A stretch of DNA of 64,000 nucleotides from an uncultured Fibrobacteria bacterium. Lineage in GTDB: Bacteria; Fibrobacterota; Fibrobacteria; UBA11236. The notes under the pieces are model-generated. The model had not been told where the DNA came from. It was given only the letters and a program-made list of their open reading frames with translations, and ran no database searches. This document shows positions 1 to 9,464 of the stretch, in pieces. The translations under genes and the position numbers were made by a program. The number at the start of each line of letters is the position of its first letter. Position 1 is the stretch's first letter. Location: assembly GCA_963716395.1 (NCBI GenBank), contig OY970309.1, positions 2,752,001-2,816,000 on the forward strand. Reading direction: 5' to 3'.

Positions 1-762
1 CCGCCGCGCGAAAGTCCGGTTGCCCCGGTGCCGGTTCGGTTACCCATCGTGTTTGAAGACGAAGAGTTGCTGGTGATCGACAAACCGGCCGGCTGGGCCG
101 CGCATCCCGGCACCGGCATCGCTCCGGGAGAATCGCTGATCGAGCGTGTGCAGGCCTATCTTGGCACGGATGCCAACCGGGGCGAATTGTTCCGCCCCGC
201 ACTGGTGCATCGCCTCGACCGGGAAACTTCGGGCGTGATTCTGGTCGCCAAAACCGGGGTCGCCTTGCGGCGGCTGCACGCCGCGCTGCGGGAGGGGAAA
301 ATCCGCAAACGGTATCTGGCTCTGGTGGCCGGGCATCCGCATCCTGAAGCCGGTGTGATCGACGATCCCCTGGAGCGCGTCGACAGCGCCGCGGGCGCGA
401 AGTCGCGCATCGCCGTCGCCGATGACGAAAACAGCAAGACCGCCGTGACGCATTACCGCGTGGTGAAAAAGGCCGGAACCTATGCGTTACTCCAGGTTAT
501 AATTGCAACCGGACGTATGCATCAAATCCGCGCGCATCTCGCGCATCGCGGCCATCCCGTGGCCGGCGACACGCGCTACGAACGCCCCGCGGCGGCACGC
601 GCGCGCCGGCAGGCGTTGCGGTTGCCGCGTGTGTTTCTGCACGCCGAGGAAATCTCCTGGCGCGAAACCCAAGGCCGGCGCGTCTTTCGCGCCCCCCTGC
701 CCGCGGACTTGCAGGCGGTGGTGCGCTGGTTGGAAAATGCCGCGGAGGCCGGGGCCGCATGA
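1..762 (+). CDS. RluA-family (RluC/RluD-like) pseudouridine synthase, probably 5'-truncated by the window edge
   Basis: Motifs DKPAG, HRLDRETSG (catalytic Asp), TGRMHQIR and GHPVAGD. The frame is open back to base 1. Confidence 0.9.
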   Translation, partial: PPRESPVAPVPVRLPIVFEDEELLVIDKPAGWAAHPGTGIAPGESLIERVQAYLGTDANRGELFRPALVHRLDRETSGVILVAKTGVALRRLHAALREGKIRKRYLALVAGHPHPEAGVIDDPLERVDSAAGAKSRIAVADDENSKTAVTHYRVVKKAGTYALLQVIIATGRMHQIRAHLAHRGHPVAGDTRYERPAAARARRQALRLPRVFLHAEEISWRETQGRRVFRAPLPADLQAVVRWLENAAEAGAA

Positions 763-3497
763 GCGAAACCAATCCGTTGCTGCCGCCTTCGTCGCGCTTC
801 GAGCCCGGTGCGCGGCTGGGCAAATACATCATCTTGAACGAGATCGGGCACGGCGGCATGGCCGTGGTGTACAAGGCGCATCAATCCGACCTCGATCGCG
901 TGGTGGCGGTCAAGGTGTTGTTCGGCACCATGCTGCAGCAGCGTTTCATCGACCGCTTCCAGGCCGAGGCGCGCGCCCTGGCCAAGATGAACCACCCCAA
1001 CGTCATCCGCATTTTCGAAGTGGGCGAGCAGAACGGGGTCTTCTATCTGGTGATGGAATACATCGCCGGCCAGGACCTGCTGCAATACCTGCACCAGCAC
1101 AAACCCAGCTTCGACGAGGTCATGGACATCGCCCTGCAACTCGCCGAAGCCCTGGCCTATTGCCACAAGCAGGGCGTGCTGCACCGCGATCTCAAACCCA
1201 CCAACATCCTCATGCATGAGCGCACCCCGGTGCTGATCGACTTCGGCCTGGCCAAATCCGTCGACCCGGATTTCGACGTCACCCTGACCCTGTCGGGCGA
1301 AGTGGTGGGTTCGCCGGCCTACATGTCGCCCGAGCAAGCGATGGGTCAGGCCGTGGGCGTGCTCTCTGACGTGTGCGCCTTGGGCATCATCCTGTACGAA
1401 TTGATCTCGTTCATCAATCCCTATCTCGACCCGCGTTCGCTGCATCAGACCGCCCTCAACGCCATCCGTTCCGAACCCGTGCCGCTGCGCTATCTCTGCC
1501 CGTGGGTCGACGCGGATTTCGCCGCCATCGTGGCCAAGGCCATGGTCAAGGAAACCGCCGATCGCTATCAGGATATGGATCAATTGCTCGGGGATTTGCA
1601 GGCCTTTCGCCTGGGGCAGCCCATTCTCGCCAAGCCACCGGGATGGTTGAAGACGGCGTGGCGCTTTATCCGCGCGAGCCCGGTGCTGTATCTCGGCGTC
1701 GCCTTCTTGCTGGCGCTGGGCGCGGTGGCAGGCGCTTTTCTGGTGCTCGAGAAAAAGAATCAGGAGGCGCCCTTCGGCCTGGTTTTCAGCCCGGCGTTTT
1801 CGCAGCCCGATTCCGGCGAGGAATTTCAATCCTTTGACTACAACGGCCGCTCCTGGATGCCTTCCTCCTCCTGGCGCGTGCGCAACGGACGGCTGGAAGG
1901 AACGTGCCGCGGACTGTGTTCGGCCGTCACGGATCAGGATTTTTTCGGCGACCTGCGCGTGGAGTTCACGGTGCAAGGCCTGCACGGTACGCGCGGAGAC
2001 TTCGACGCCTTTCTGCTCGGGCCCGACCCCGAAGATGCTTTTCGCTTCACTTTGGGCGAATGGGGCAGTTTGCGCGCCGGCATTGAGTTCGGTTCCTGGT
2101 CGCGTTTTCCCCATGGCGGCGCTTTGCTCAAGCTCAGTCCGGAAACGCCGTATCGCGTGACGCTGGAAAAGAGCGGCAACTATCTGCGTCTCTACGTCGA
2201 CGATACCTTGCGGGTGGAAAAGTTCTATTCCCTGCCGGTGAAAATCGAGCGCAACAGCAAAATCGGCTTCTATACCTGGAACGGCGAGGTGGCCGTATCC
2301 GGCCTGCGCGTCTATAAAAAAGCGGTGGCGCTGGCGGCCGGCCCCACGGTGGTGGCCGACGCCTACCAGGACGAAGGCTCGCTGCTCCACAGCATTCCCG
2401 CCTACCAGCATGTGATTGAGACCTATCCCGACCAGCCCGTGCGTTTCGAGGCCCATCTGAAAATGGGGAAGAGTTACATGGTGTTGGGCGACTTCGCCCG
2501 TGCGGAGCGGCAACTGACGATGGCGGCGGGCTCCACCGACCCGCAGCTTTTGCCCGAGGTGATTTTTCAGATGGCCGAATGCGACTTCAAAACCGGACAG
2601 GCTGCCGAAGGGTATGAGCGGCTGCGCCTTTTGCATTCCACGTATCCCGAATCCGACTTCAACCGCGGCGTCGTGGAATACCGGGTGCAGGCCGTGTACG
2701 ATTGTCTTGAGCATGCGGTCCGGCCCGCCGAATGCGTGCCGGGCTTCGAAGACGAGTTCCGCTTTTTGATCCGGAACGAAGATGCCTACCGCGCCCAATT
2801 CGGAACAGCCCATGCCGCCCTGCTCGACTTGTTCCGCCGCCTGGGCGTAGACGAAGCCTTGCAGAATGCGCCCGGCTTGCTGGCCTATTACGCGGGGATT
2901 CCCGAGGTATGCGCCTCACTGCGCCGCACCTTGGTACGCCGGGATATCGGGATGGGGAATCTTGCCGGTGCGCACTTGCTGCTCGACAGTGCTTCCCAGG
3001 ATGGGCCTGTCAGTCCCGCGGCTCTGGCCCGGAATGCTCTGCTCGCCGGCGAATTGCAGGTGCTGCAAGGCCGCGTCCACGAAGCGGGGCAAACCTTTTC
3101 GCGTTTGGGAGCCGAATTCGCCTCGGTGCCGGACATTCCTTTTGGCAGTTTGATCCAGGCCCAGGTCGCCCAAGCGCAAGCCGGCGAAACGCCTGCCTTG
3201 ATCGATAGCCGGTTGCTGGAAAACGATGCGGTATCCCGGCGCGAAGGCTGGTGGCTGGATTATTTGGATCACCGTATGTCTTCCGACAGTCTGCACGCTT
3301 TGTTGATCACCGCACCGGCCTCCGCTCCCGATTTGGAAGAAGTCCTGGCCGAGTACCTGCATCGCGGAGGCCCGGGCCCCGCGGGGCGGCAATATTTGCA
3401 ATCCATTCGGGCGTTGTTTCCGCCGCAGACGTTGGAAGCGGAGTATCTCGACTCTCTCCTGACCCACGGGCCGCAGCCCGCCGTTGAGGCGCCCTAA
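759..3497 (+). CDS. Membrane Ser/Thr protein kinase: Hanks kinase, TM helix, beta-rich domain, TPR-like region (PknD-like)
   Basis: GHGGMAVVY, VAVK, HRDLKPTN, DFG and GSPAYMSPEQ; hydrophobic segment VLYLGVAFLLALGAVAGAFLVL; helical TPR-like repeats in the C-terminal half. ATGA overlap with the upstream gene. Confidence 0.88.
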   Translation: MSETNPLLPPSSRFEPGARLGKYIILNEIGHGGMAVVYKAHQSDLDRVVAVKVLFGTMLQQRFIDRFQAEARALAKMNHPNVIRIFEVGEQNGVFYLVMEYIAGQDLLQYLHQHKPSFDEVMDIALQLAEALAYCHKQGVLHRDLKPTNILMHERTPVLIDFGLAKSVDPDFDVTLTLSGEVVGSPAYMSPEQAMGQAVGVLSDVCALGIILYELISFINPYLDPRSLHQTALNAIRSEPVPLRYLCPWVDADFAAIVAKAMVKETADRYQDMDQLLGDLQAFRLGQPILAKPPGWLKTAWRFIRASPVLYLGVAFLLALGAVAGAFLVLEKKNQEAPFGLVFSPAFSQPDSGEEFQSFDYNGRSWMPSSSWRVRNGRLEGTCRGLCSAVTDQDFFGDLRVEFTVQGLHGTRGDFDAFLLGPDPEDAFRFTLGEWGSLRAGIEFGSWSRFPHGGALLKLSPETPYRVTLEKSGNYLRLYVDDTLRVEKFYSLPVKIERNSKIGFYTWNGEVAVSGLRVYKKAVALAAGPTVVADAYQDEGSLLHSIPAYQHVIETYPDQPVRFEAHLKMGKSYMVLGDFARAERQLTMAAGSTDPQLLPEVIFQMAECDFKTGQAAEGYERLRLLHSTYPESDFNRGVVEYRVQAVYDCLEHAVRPAECVPGFEDEFRFLIRNEDAYRAQFGTAHAALLDLFRRLGVDEALQNAPGLLAYYAGIPEVCASLRRTLVRRDIGMGNLAGAHLLLDSASQDGPVSPAALARNALLAGELQVLQGRVHEAGQTFSRLGAEFASVPDIPFGSLIQAQVAQAQAGETPALIDSRLLENDAVSRREGWWLDYLDHRMSSDSLHALLITAPASAPDLEEVLAEYLHRGGPGPAGRQYLQSIRALFPPQTLEAEYLDSLLTHGPQPAVEAP

Positions 3498-3499
3498 AC

Positions 3500-4297
3500 A
3501 TGCGTGTTACGATGGGAGCCTGGGGAACCTGGGTGGCCGTATTGGGGGTCGCGGCCTGTCACGTCGAACCACCCGTGGCCGCGTACCAACTGTCCCGCCC
3601 CGTGCGCGGCCGCTTGGCCATCGATTTCTCGGCCGCGCGCGCCGCAGGAGACAGCACCGCCTACCATGCGCGTACCGAAGCCTGGGTGCGACTCCGGCGC
3701 ATCGATACCGCCGGTCCGTTGGCGGTGGAGTTGGAGGTGGATTCCGCGACCTGCGTCAGCCCGGGACGCAGCCCGGCCGAGATCGCTTTTGTGCGCGCGG
3801 GCTTGGCCCATTATCACGCCACCTGGAGCATGGGTCGGCAAGGGCATGTGCTCGATTTGAGTGAAACGCCGGCCTTTCCGCCCGGCGAGTTTGGATTTCG
3901 CCTAGCGCCGCTGCTCACCGCGACCTTGCCGGTGTTTTTCCCGGCTTCCGCGCCGGATAGCGCGGCGATCGATTCGCAATCGCTGTTCGACCCGGCTTCA
4001 CAGCGCACTGCACGCGTACAAAGCGCGGCCGGGCCTGATCGCCGCATGCGTACCGGCGGCGTTGCGGGCGCCCGGCATGTGGTTCTGCGGTTGGCCGACA
4101 CCGGCAGCCAGGCCATCGAATTTACCGGCGACGAGCGCTTTCAATTCGACACCGCCGTGGGTTTCCCCACCCGGATGTCCTGCGATTTGAGTGGAACTTT
4201 GCCACCGGACTCGGCTTCGCACCTCGGATTGCGCATGGATTTGCAGATCGACTTTGAAGCGCTTGAGCCTGCCCCGTCTCGCGTCGAAGACCAATGA
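3500..4297 (+). CDS. Hypothetical lipoprotein
   Basis: Signal peptide with lipobox-like VAAC; starts 2 bp after the kinase stop. Confidence 0.6.
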   Translation: MRVTMGAWGTWVAVLGVAACHVEPPVAAYQLSRPVRGRLAIDFSAARAAGDSTAYHARTEAWVRLRRIDTAGPLAVELEVDSATCVSPGRSPAEIAFVRAGLAHYHATWSMGRQGHVLDLSETPAFPPGEFGFRLAPLLTATLPVFFPASAPDSAAIDSQSLFDPASQRTARVQSAAGPDRRMRTGGVAGARHVVLRLADTGSQAIEFTGDERFQFDTAVGFPTRMSCDLSGTLPPDSASHLGLRMDLQIDFEALEPAPSRVEDQ

Positions 4298-4388
4298 GGT
4301 GAAGAGCCCTTAAAATTCCGGCGTTCAAGCCGGCGGCGGGATCTCCTATATTTGCGCGGCGACCATCGCCACGGGGAGAACTTCAGCA

Positions 4389-5222
4389 TTGCCGACTTGG
4401 GAAAAAAGCGCGCAGACCTTCGCGATGCGGGGCCCCCCTTCGCCTGCGCCGGCGGAAAATCTTTTGGAAACGTTGTCCGGCTGGATGGAACCGCGCCACA
4501 CCTTGCTGCTGCGCGCGCTGGCCGAGGGTATGACCCAGCCTCCGCGCTTGCCCGGCGATGCCGTGCTGCTCTTGCAGTCGGGCAGCCAGTTCGCCGCCCT
4601 GCGCCGAGAAGTCAGCCTGCGTTTCGCCGAGTTTCGCGGCAAATGGAGCCCGCGCCTCGAAACCGCCGCGTTGTTGCCGTTGCTTCAGCGTAATCAATGG
4701 ATCGTGGCGTATGCGCAAGGGGGCGTGATGCTGGCCGGCAAAGGCGGCCGCAAAGAGGCCAGACTGTTGTATCTGCAAACCCTGCACGACATGGTTTCGG
4801 ACTGCGCCCGGCAATGGAGCGGCCTGGCGGGGCGATTGCACGCCAGCCAAGAGGCGTTGGCGCGCGCCTGGCAAGCACGGACGGCGTCCGGCAACGAAAC
4901 GCGCATGTTACCGGCGTTGGAGGCGACCCTGCACCACGCCGAGTATGAAGCCTGGAAGTCGGTTCGCCTGTCTTTGGGCCACCTCGCCGAAACCGCCTTC
5001 GTGGACGCCGTCAGCCCCTGGGAAGGGCGTGCCTTTGCGCGCCCGGAAACCCTGGTGCGCGATTTGCCTGCGCCCTGGCGTCGTTTCGACGGCGCCGCGA
5101 ACGGATTCATGGGCTTCATGCGCGCCGTGTCGCAACTATCCGAGGCTTTCGTTTCCGCCCTGATCGATCATTACGACGGCAAATGGGAGCTTTACCTCCG
5201 CGGTTTCGCGGAATCCACTTGA
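4389..5222 (+). CDS. Hypothetical helical protein, DUF3348/ZorF-like
   Basis: GGGGAG RBS about 10 nt before the TTG start. Segments ENLLETLSGWMEPRHTLLLRAL and RMLPALEATLHHAE...LGHLAETAF resemble recalled DUF3348 segments. Adjacent to DUF802-like and DUF2894-like genes. Confidence 0.5.
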   Translation: MPTWEKSAQTFAMRGPPSPAPAENLLETLSGWMEPRHTLLLRALAEGMTQPPRLPGDAVLLLQSGSQFAALRREVSLRFAEFRGKWSPRLETAALLPLLQRNQWIVAYAQGGVMLAGKGGRKEARLLYLQTLHDMVSDCARQWSGLAGRLHASQEALARAWQARTASGNETRMLPALEATLHHAEYEAWKSVRLSLGHLAETAFVDAVSPWEGRAFARPETLVRDLPAPWRRFDGAANGFMGFMRAVSQLSEAFVSALIDHYDGKWELYLRGFAEST

Positions 5223-5240
5223 ACCACTTTCGGGGAACGC

Positions 5241-6635
5241 ATGGAATCATCGACTTCGCACGCGCCGGAGCGCAACCCTTTCGGAATCGGCATGGCCGGG
5301 GGCCTGGTTTTCAGCCTGGCCTGCTTTATTCTGGCGGCGCTGCGCCGGCCGCCGGATCTCTATTTGTTTGGGGGCGGCGCCGGATTGGTGGCCGCCGCCG
5401 TGTTGTGGTCCTGGCGCGGGGCTTTGGCACAGTTCCGCCAGGGTTGGGAAGACATGCGCTCCACCTTGGCGCGCCTCGAAGCGCCGGCCGCGGCTCCGGT
5501 CGTGGAGGCAACGCCGTCCGAGAATGCTGACGCCGAACAGCGCCACCGCGAGGCCTTCGAAAGCCGAACCCGGCAGTTGCGGCGTGCCCTGGAAGAAGGC
5601 TTGCAGGCCGGATTCGCGGCCCTGACGCCCGGTTTGTCACAAGGTTTGGAAACCGCCACCGCGCGCCTGGACGACGGCTTGAGAACGGAGCGCGAAGATC
5701 GCGCCCGGGAGATGCGCGAACTGCAAACAACCCTTGCGCAAAGTCAGGAAGCCTGGGCGCACTTGCAAGCCGCGCAGCGCGAGGCGCATCAGCACCTGTC
5801 CGAAACCCTCCAGACGGCGCTGGCGGGTCTGCAAACTTCGCAACGCGAAGCCGCGCAGGCGGCGGTCCGCGCCTGGGAAGAGTGGCGCGCGCAGGCGGCG
5901 GCCATCGGTCAGCCGATGGCAGAGCACGCCGTGCAATGGCAAGCCGCCGCCGATCGGGTGGATGCCGCCGTGGCCGCCTTGCCCGCGGCCGTGGCCGAGT
6001 TGTCCCGGGCTTTCCGACGCGAAGCCGATGCCGAATGGAACGCCCAGTTGCGCGGATTGGCCGAAGCTTGGGACAAGATGCTGCAGGCGGCGGAGGCGCA
6101 AAGCGAACGCAGCGCCGCGTCTATGACGGTCAGGATGGAAGCGCTCGCGGCGCAAAGCGAAACCGCGCCGGCGGCGGCGGCCGAACACTTGCGGGCGGCG
6201 GCGGAGCAGGCCCAAGCCTGGCTGGGCAGCCTGCAAGCGGCCGGGCAAAAACTGGAAGGCGCCTTTGCCGGCGCGCAGCGCTTCGGCGAGGAGGCGGCCG
6301 CACATCAAGCCGACCTCAAGGCGGTGGTGGAAATGTTGGAGCGCGGCATGACCGGCGTACTCGATCGCCTGCAAGCCTTGGGCTCCCTGGGTGAAGGCCA
6401 TGCGGCGCTGCTGGAAAAAATGCACGCCTCGGTGCGCCGCTTCGAGGAACGGGCCGCGGAATTGCTCGAGGAAAATTCCTTGAAAGCCCAAGAGGCCCTG
6501 CTCGAGGTGTTGGAACGAACCGCTCCGGCCCCCGCCGAAGATGCGCCCAACGGCGATCCGGATCTCCTCGGCGCCGCCGAAGACGAGGCGCGAGCAGGCG
6601 AAGCGGTCAAAAAGGCCGAAGCGCGTGGAGACTGA
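5241..6635 (+). CDS. Two-TM, long coiled-coil protein, DUF802/ZorA(type III)-like, truncated
   Basis: Two N-terminal TM helices followed by an Ala/Gln/Glu-rich heptad tail. SETAPAAAAEHLR and RRFEERAAELLEENSLKAQEALLEVLE resemble the recalled DUF802 motifs ASEAPKAAAEV and YYVAQAREVIDLSMLSQKQIIEDL. Confidence 0.55.
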   Translation: MESSTSHAPERNPFGIGMAGGLVFSLACFILAALRRPPDLYLFGGGAGLVAAAVLWSWRGALAQFRQGWEDMRSTLARLEAPAAAPVVEATPSENADAEQRHREAFESRTRQLRRALEEGLQAGFAALTPGLSQGLETATARLDDGLRTEREDRAREMRELQTTLAQSQEAWAHLQAAQREAHQHLSETLQTALAGLQTSQREAAQAAVRAWEEWRAQAAAIGQPMAEHAVQWQAAADRVDAAVAALPAAVAELSRAFRREADAEWNAQLRGLAEAWDKMLQAAEAQSERSAASMTVRMEALAAQSETAPAAAAEHLRAAAEQAQAWLGSLQAAGQKLEGAFAGAQRFGEEAAAHQADLKAVVEMLERGMTGVLDRLQALGSLGEGHAALLEKMHASVRRFEERAAELLEENSLKAQEALLEVLERTAPAPAEDAPNGDPDLLGAAEDEARAGEAVKKAEARGD

Positions 6636-7239
6636 TTGGACCGCGTTGCGCGCATGCGTGCAGGCCGCGCCGGCCGACCTGCATCGACGCGTTTTCTTCG
6701 ATGCCTTGCTCCGTCGCGGAGAAGCCGCCCAAGCCGCCCAGCCCGCCGTGGCCCGGCATTGCCGCGACCGGGTCGAAGCTTTTTTGCAGCATACGGCCGG
6801 AACCTCGACAGCCCCGGCGGTCGCGGAACCCGGGGTAACCTCGCCGCTCGAAGGGTTGAAAAGCCGTTGGGAAGAGGCGTCCCGCCGCCGGGCCGTCGCG
6901 TTGCTGGACCGCCTGGGTCGACATTTGACTCCGGCGGAGCGCGCCGCCTACACGACCAGGGTGGCCGAAGCCCCGGCCCCCGCGCTGGCGCCGCTGCGGC
7001 GTCATCTCCAGGATCGACTGCTGCGCATTCTGGCCCGCCGGCGCGCCGGAAACCGCGAAGTTACCGGGTCGGTCGAAATCGAAGCCGGGGCGGGCCCTTA
7101 CAATGCCCGGGCCACGCTGGCGGCGGTCTGGAACCGGGTAGTCGCCGCCGATGCGGAGTGGTTGCGCGAGTGGGTGGCGCTATATGCGCGCATGCAGAAA
7201 ACTCTGCGGACCTTCGGCGCTTTGCGGCCCGAAGGGTAG
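6625..7239 (+). CDS. DUF2894/ZorG-like protein
   Basis: GTG start at 6625 overlaps the previous stop. N-terminal RRVFFDALLRRG and C-terminal AGPYNARATL...EWLREWVALY match the recalled DUF2894 pattern (RFHFIEALARR; AGPLNS...LQHFLSY). Confidence 0.62.
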   Translation: METDWTALRACVQAAPADLHRRVFFDALLRRGEAAQAAQPAVARHCRDRVEAFLQHTAGTSTAPAVAEPGVTSPLEGLKSRWEEASRRRAVALLDRLGRHLTPAERAAYTTRVAEAPAPALAPLRRHLQDRLLRILARRRAGNREVTGSVEIEAGAGPYNARATLAAVWNRVVAADAEWLREWVALYARMQKTLRTFGALRPEG

Positions 7240-7244
7240 ACGAA

Positions 7245-7994
7245 TTATCGGCTTTTGGCGGTGGGGATTCCCGAGCCGAGAAAAATGCCCGCGATGCCCT
7301 GGAATTTGCCGCCGAGGGTGAGGCCGCCCGGTCCGATGGCGTATTCCACGATATCTTTGTCGTGATCGCTGCCGCGCATTTTCAGAATCATCAGGCAGCG
7401 TTTGATCTCGGATTCCATTTCCAGGTAGCGCAGCAGAAAATAAGCGTCGACGATAAAGGGAATTTTGTTGGCGGCGGAGTTCCATTTGCCCAGGATGTTG
7501 GCATTCTCCTTGAGCAGAAGGCAGGTGGCCTCTTCGCGTTTTAACCCGTTCACCACCTCGGTTTCGATGGAGCGCAAATCGCCGACGTCGCGCGCCAGGC
7601 TTTCGAAATGCGTGATGCTGTCGACCACCACCCGGCGCGTGTTGTGCTCGCGCAGCAGCGACGCGATTTTGCCGTCGGCGTCTTCCAGGTCTTCCACGAA
7701 GTTTTCCGGTGAGGTGAACACCACCAGCAGCTTGCCTTCTTTCTGCAGTTGGCGCAAATCCCAGCCCAATTCGGCGGCGCAGTCGTAATACTGTTCGGGA
7801 AATTGCTCGAAGGCGAAAAGCATACCATGCTCGCCTTCGGCCACGCCTTGCAGGATGAATTGCAGCGCCAAGGTGGTCTTGCCGGTGCCGGCCGCGCCTT
7901 CGACGAGCACCGCCGATCCCGGCAGCAGTCCGCCGCGCAGCATGGCATCGAGACCGGCGCATCCGGTTTTCACGCGTTTGGTTTTGGTTTCCAC
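7245..7994 (-). CDS. Single-domain KaiC/RAD55-like RecA-fold ATPase
   Basis: TGCAGLDAMLRGG, Walker A GAAGTGKT, Walker B VVVDSIT, KMRG. Confidence 0.88.
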   Translation of the reverse strand: METKTKRVKTGCAGLDAMLRGGLLPGSAVLVEGAAGTGKTTLALQFILQGVAEGEHGMLFAFEQFPEQYYDCAAELGWDLRQLQKEGKLLVVFTSPENFVEDLEDADGKIASLLREHNTRRVVVDSITHFESLARDVGDLRSIETEVVNGLKREEATCLLLKENANILGKWNSAANKIPFIVDAYFLLRYLEMESEIKRCLMILKMRGSDHDKDIVEYAIGPGGLTLGGKFQGIAGIFLGSGIPTAKSR

Positions 7995-8022
7995 GGATTT
8001 CCTTTCGGAGAAAAATGCGTGA

Positions 8023-8976
8023 TCACAGCATGGCCGCCAAGGCCATTTCGATTTCGAAGCGGTGAAGATAGCGCCCCTGCTTCATTTCCCACTCCAAGCG
8101 GGCCAATCGGGCCAGCAAAAGTTTCCAGCGTGCCAGCGAGCGGGAGCGCGCCTGATCCAGGTATTTCTCCTTCACGATGTGCAGAAATTGATTCAGGCGG
8201 CAGGCTTCGACGATTTCGTGTTCGCCCGCGCCTTGATCGAGCAGGGTGCGGATTTTGGCCAAGGTCAAAAAGTGGGCGAACAGGCGCAGCACCACTTGAA
8301 AACCTTCGGTGCCGTTTTCGAGCAGGTTGCGCAGGGCCGGTAGAAAATCACGCGAGCGCCGCAGTCCCATGGCTTTCTGGAATTCGAAGATGGCGTAAAC
8401 CTTAAGCGGGCTGACCAGGCTTTCTATGGCTTCGGCGGTAATGGCTTCGCCTTTCGGCAAAAAAGTGTCGAGCTTTTCCAGTTCCCGATCCAATTCGGCG
8501 GTTTCTCCGCCCACGATGTCTTGCAAAAGCCGCGCTTCGGCGGCTCCCAAGCCGCGGCCATAGCGCTGGCGCGCGCGCTCCTGTAGCCAGGCGGGAATTT
8601 TGTTGTCGTAGGGCAGCTTGAATTCAAACCAGCGACCCGCGCGTTCCAGGCTTTTGGCCAAGGTGGATCGGCCGTCGATTTTTTCCGCGCTGAGAAAGAC
8701 CGCCACCTGGGGGTTGTCGTCGAGCCAGGCTTTTTCCAATACCTTCTGGCCCGCCGCAGAAACCTTGTCGTAATTGCGCAGGATCACGGCTTTGCGCGGT
8801 GCGAACAAATCGGCGCCTTGATAGGCTTCGGCGACTTGGGCCGCGTTCAGCTCTTCGCCGAAATGGGTTTCACGCACCACCGCACCGGTCTCCGAGGACT
8901 CCCAGCGGTGCAGTTCGGTGTCGAGGGCCTCGTGTCTGCGCAACTCATCGTTCCCGGCAAAAGCGAAGACGGGCAT
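8023..8976 (-). CDS. holA: DNA polymerase III delta subunit
   Basis: 317 aa; DLFAPRKAV, ELEKL and IFEF motifs fit the delta-subunit architecture. Confidence 0.85.
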   Translation of the reverse strand: MPVFAFAGNDELRRHEALDTELHRWESSETGAVVRETHFGEELNAAQVAEAYQGADLFAPRKAVILRNYDKVSAAGQKVLEKAWLDDNPQVAVFLSAEKIDGRSTLAKSLERAGRWFEFKLPYDNKIPAWLQERARQRYGRGLGAAEARLLQDIVGGETAELDRELEKLDTFLPKGEAITAEAIESLVSPLKVYAIFEFQKAMGLRRSRDFLPALRNLLENGTEGFQVVLRLFAHFLTLAKIRTLLDQGAGEHEIVEACRLNQFLHIVKEKYLDQARSRSLARWKLLLARLARLEWEMKQGRYLHRFEIEMALAAML

Positions 8977-8990
8977 GGTGCTTCTGCGGT

Positions 8991-9464
8991 TCAGCGGTAA
9001 TTCAAAATTTCGAGCTTCAACTTGCCCTTGGGAATTTGCACTTCGACCACGTCACCGGGCTTGCGCCCCATCAGGCTTTTGCCGATGGGCGAAGCGCTGG
9101 AAATTTTTCCCAGGTTGACGTCTACTTCTTCGGAACCCACCAGGGTGTATTCCACCACATTGTTGTTGCCCAGGTTTTTCACCGACACCACCGCCCCGAA
9201 AATGATGCGGTCGCTGCCGCCCGGGTTCGCGGTGACGATTTCGGCACGCGCGATTTTGTCTTCCAGCTCCTGGATTTTGTCTTCAATCATGCCCTGTTTT
9301 TCTTTGGCCGCATGATACTCCGCATTTTCGGACAAATCCCCCTGCTGGCGCGCCGCGGCGATCTCCGCGATGATTTGCGGCCGGTCATTCTTCTTGAGAA
9401 ATTCCAATTCCTGCATCAGCTTTTCATAAGCCGGTTGGCTCATTGGCAGTCTGCCGTCTGACAT
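8991..9464 (-). CDS. greA: Transcription elongation factor GreA
   Basis: GDLSENAEYHAAKE and ISSASPIGKSLMG; ATG at 9464 gives 157 aa. Confidence 0.96.
   Translation of the reverse strand: MSDGRLPMSQPAYEKLMQELEFLKKNDRPQIIAEIAAARQQGDLSENAEYHAAKEKQGMIEDKIQELEDKIARAEIVTANPGGSDRIIFGAVVSVKNLGNNNVVEYTLVGSEEVDVNLGKISSASPIGKSLMGRKPGDVVEVQIPKGKLKLEILNYR

Noticed and set aside
576-2813. Long antisense ORFs (e.g. 576-2813, 34308-36278, 36362-37744, 43996-45249, 63083-63919)
   Set aside because: Shadow frames of well-supported genes in GC-rich DNA, with no recognisable motifs.
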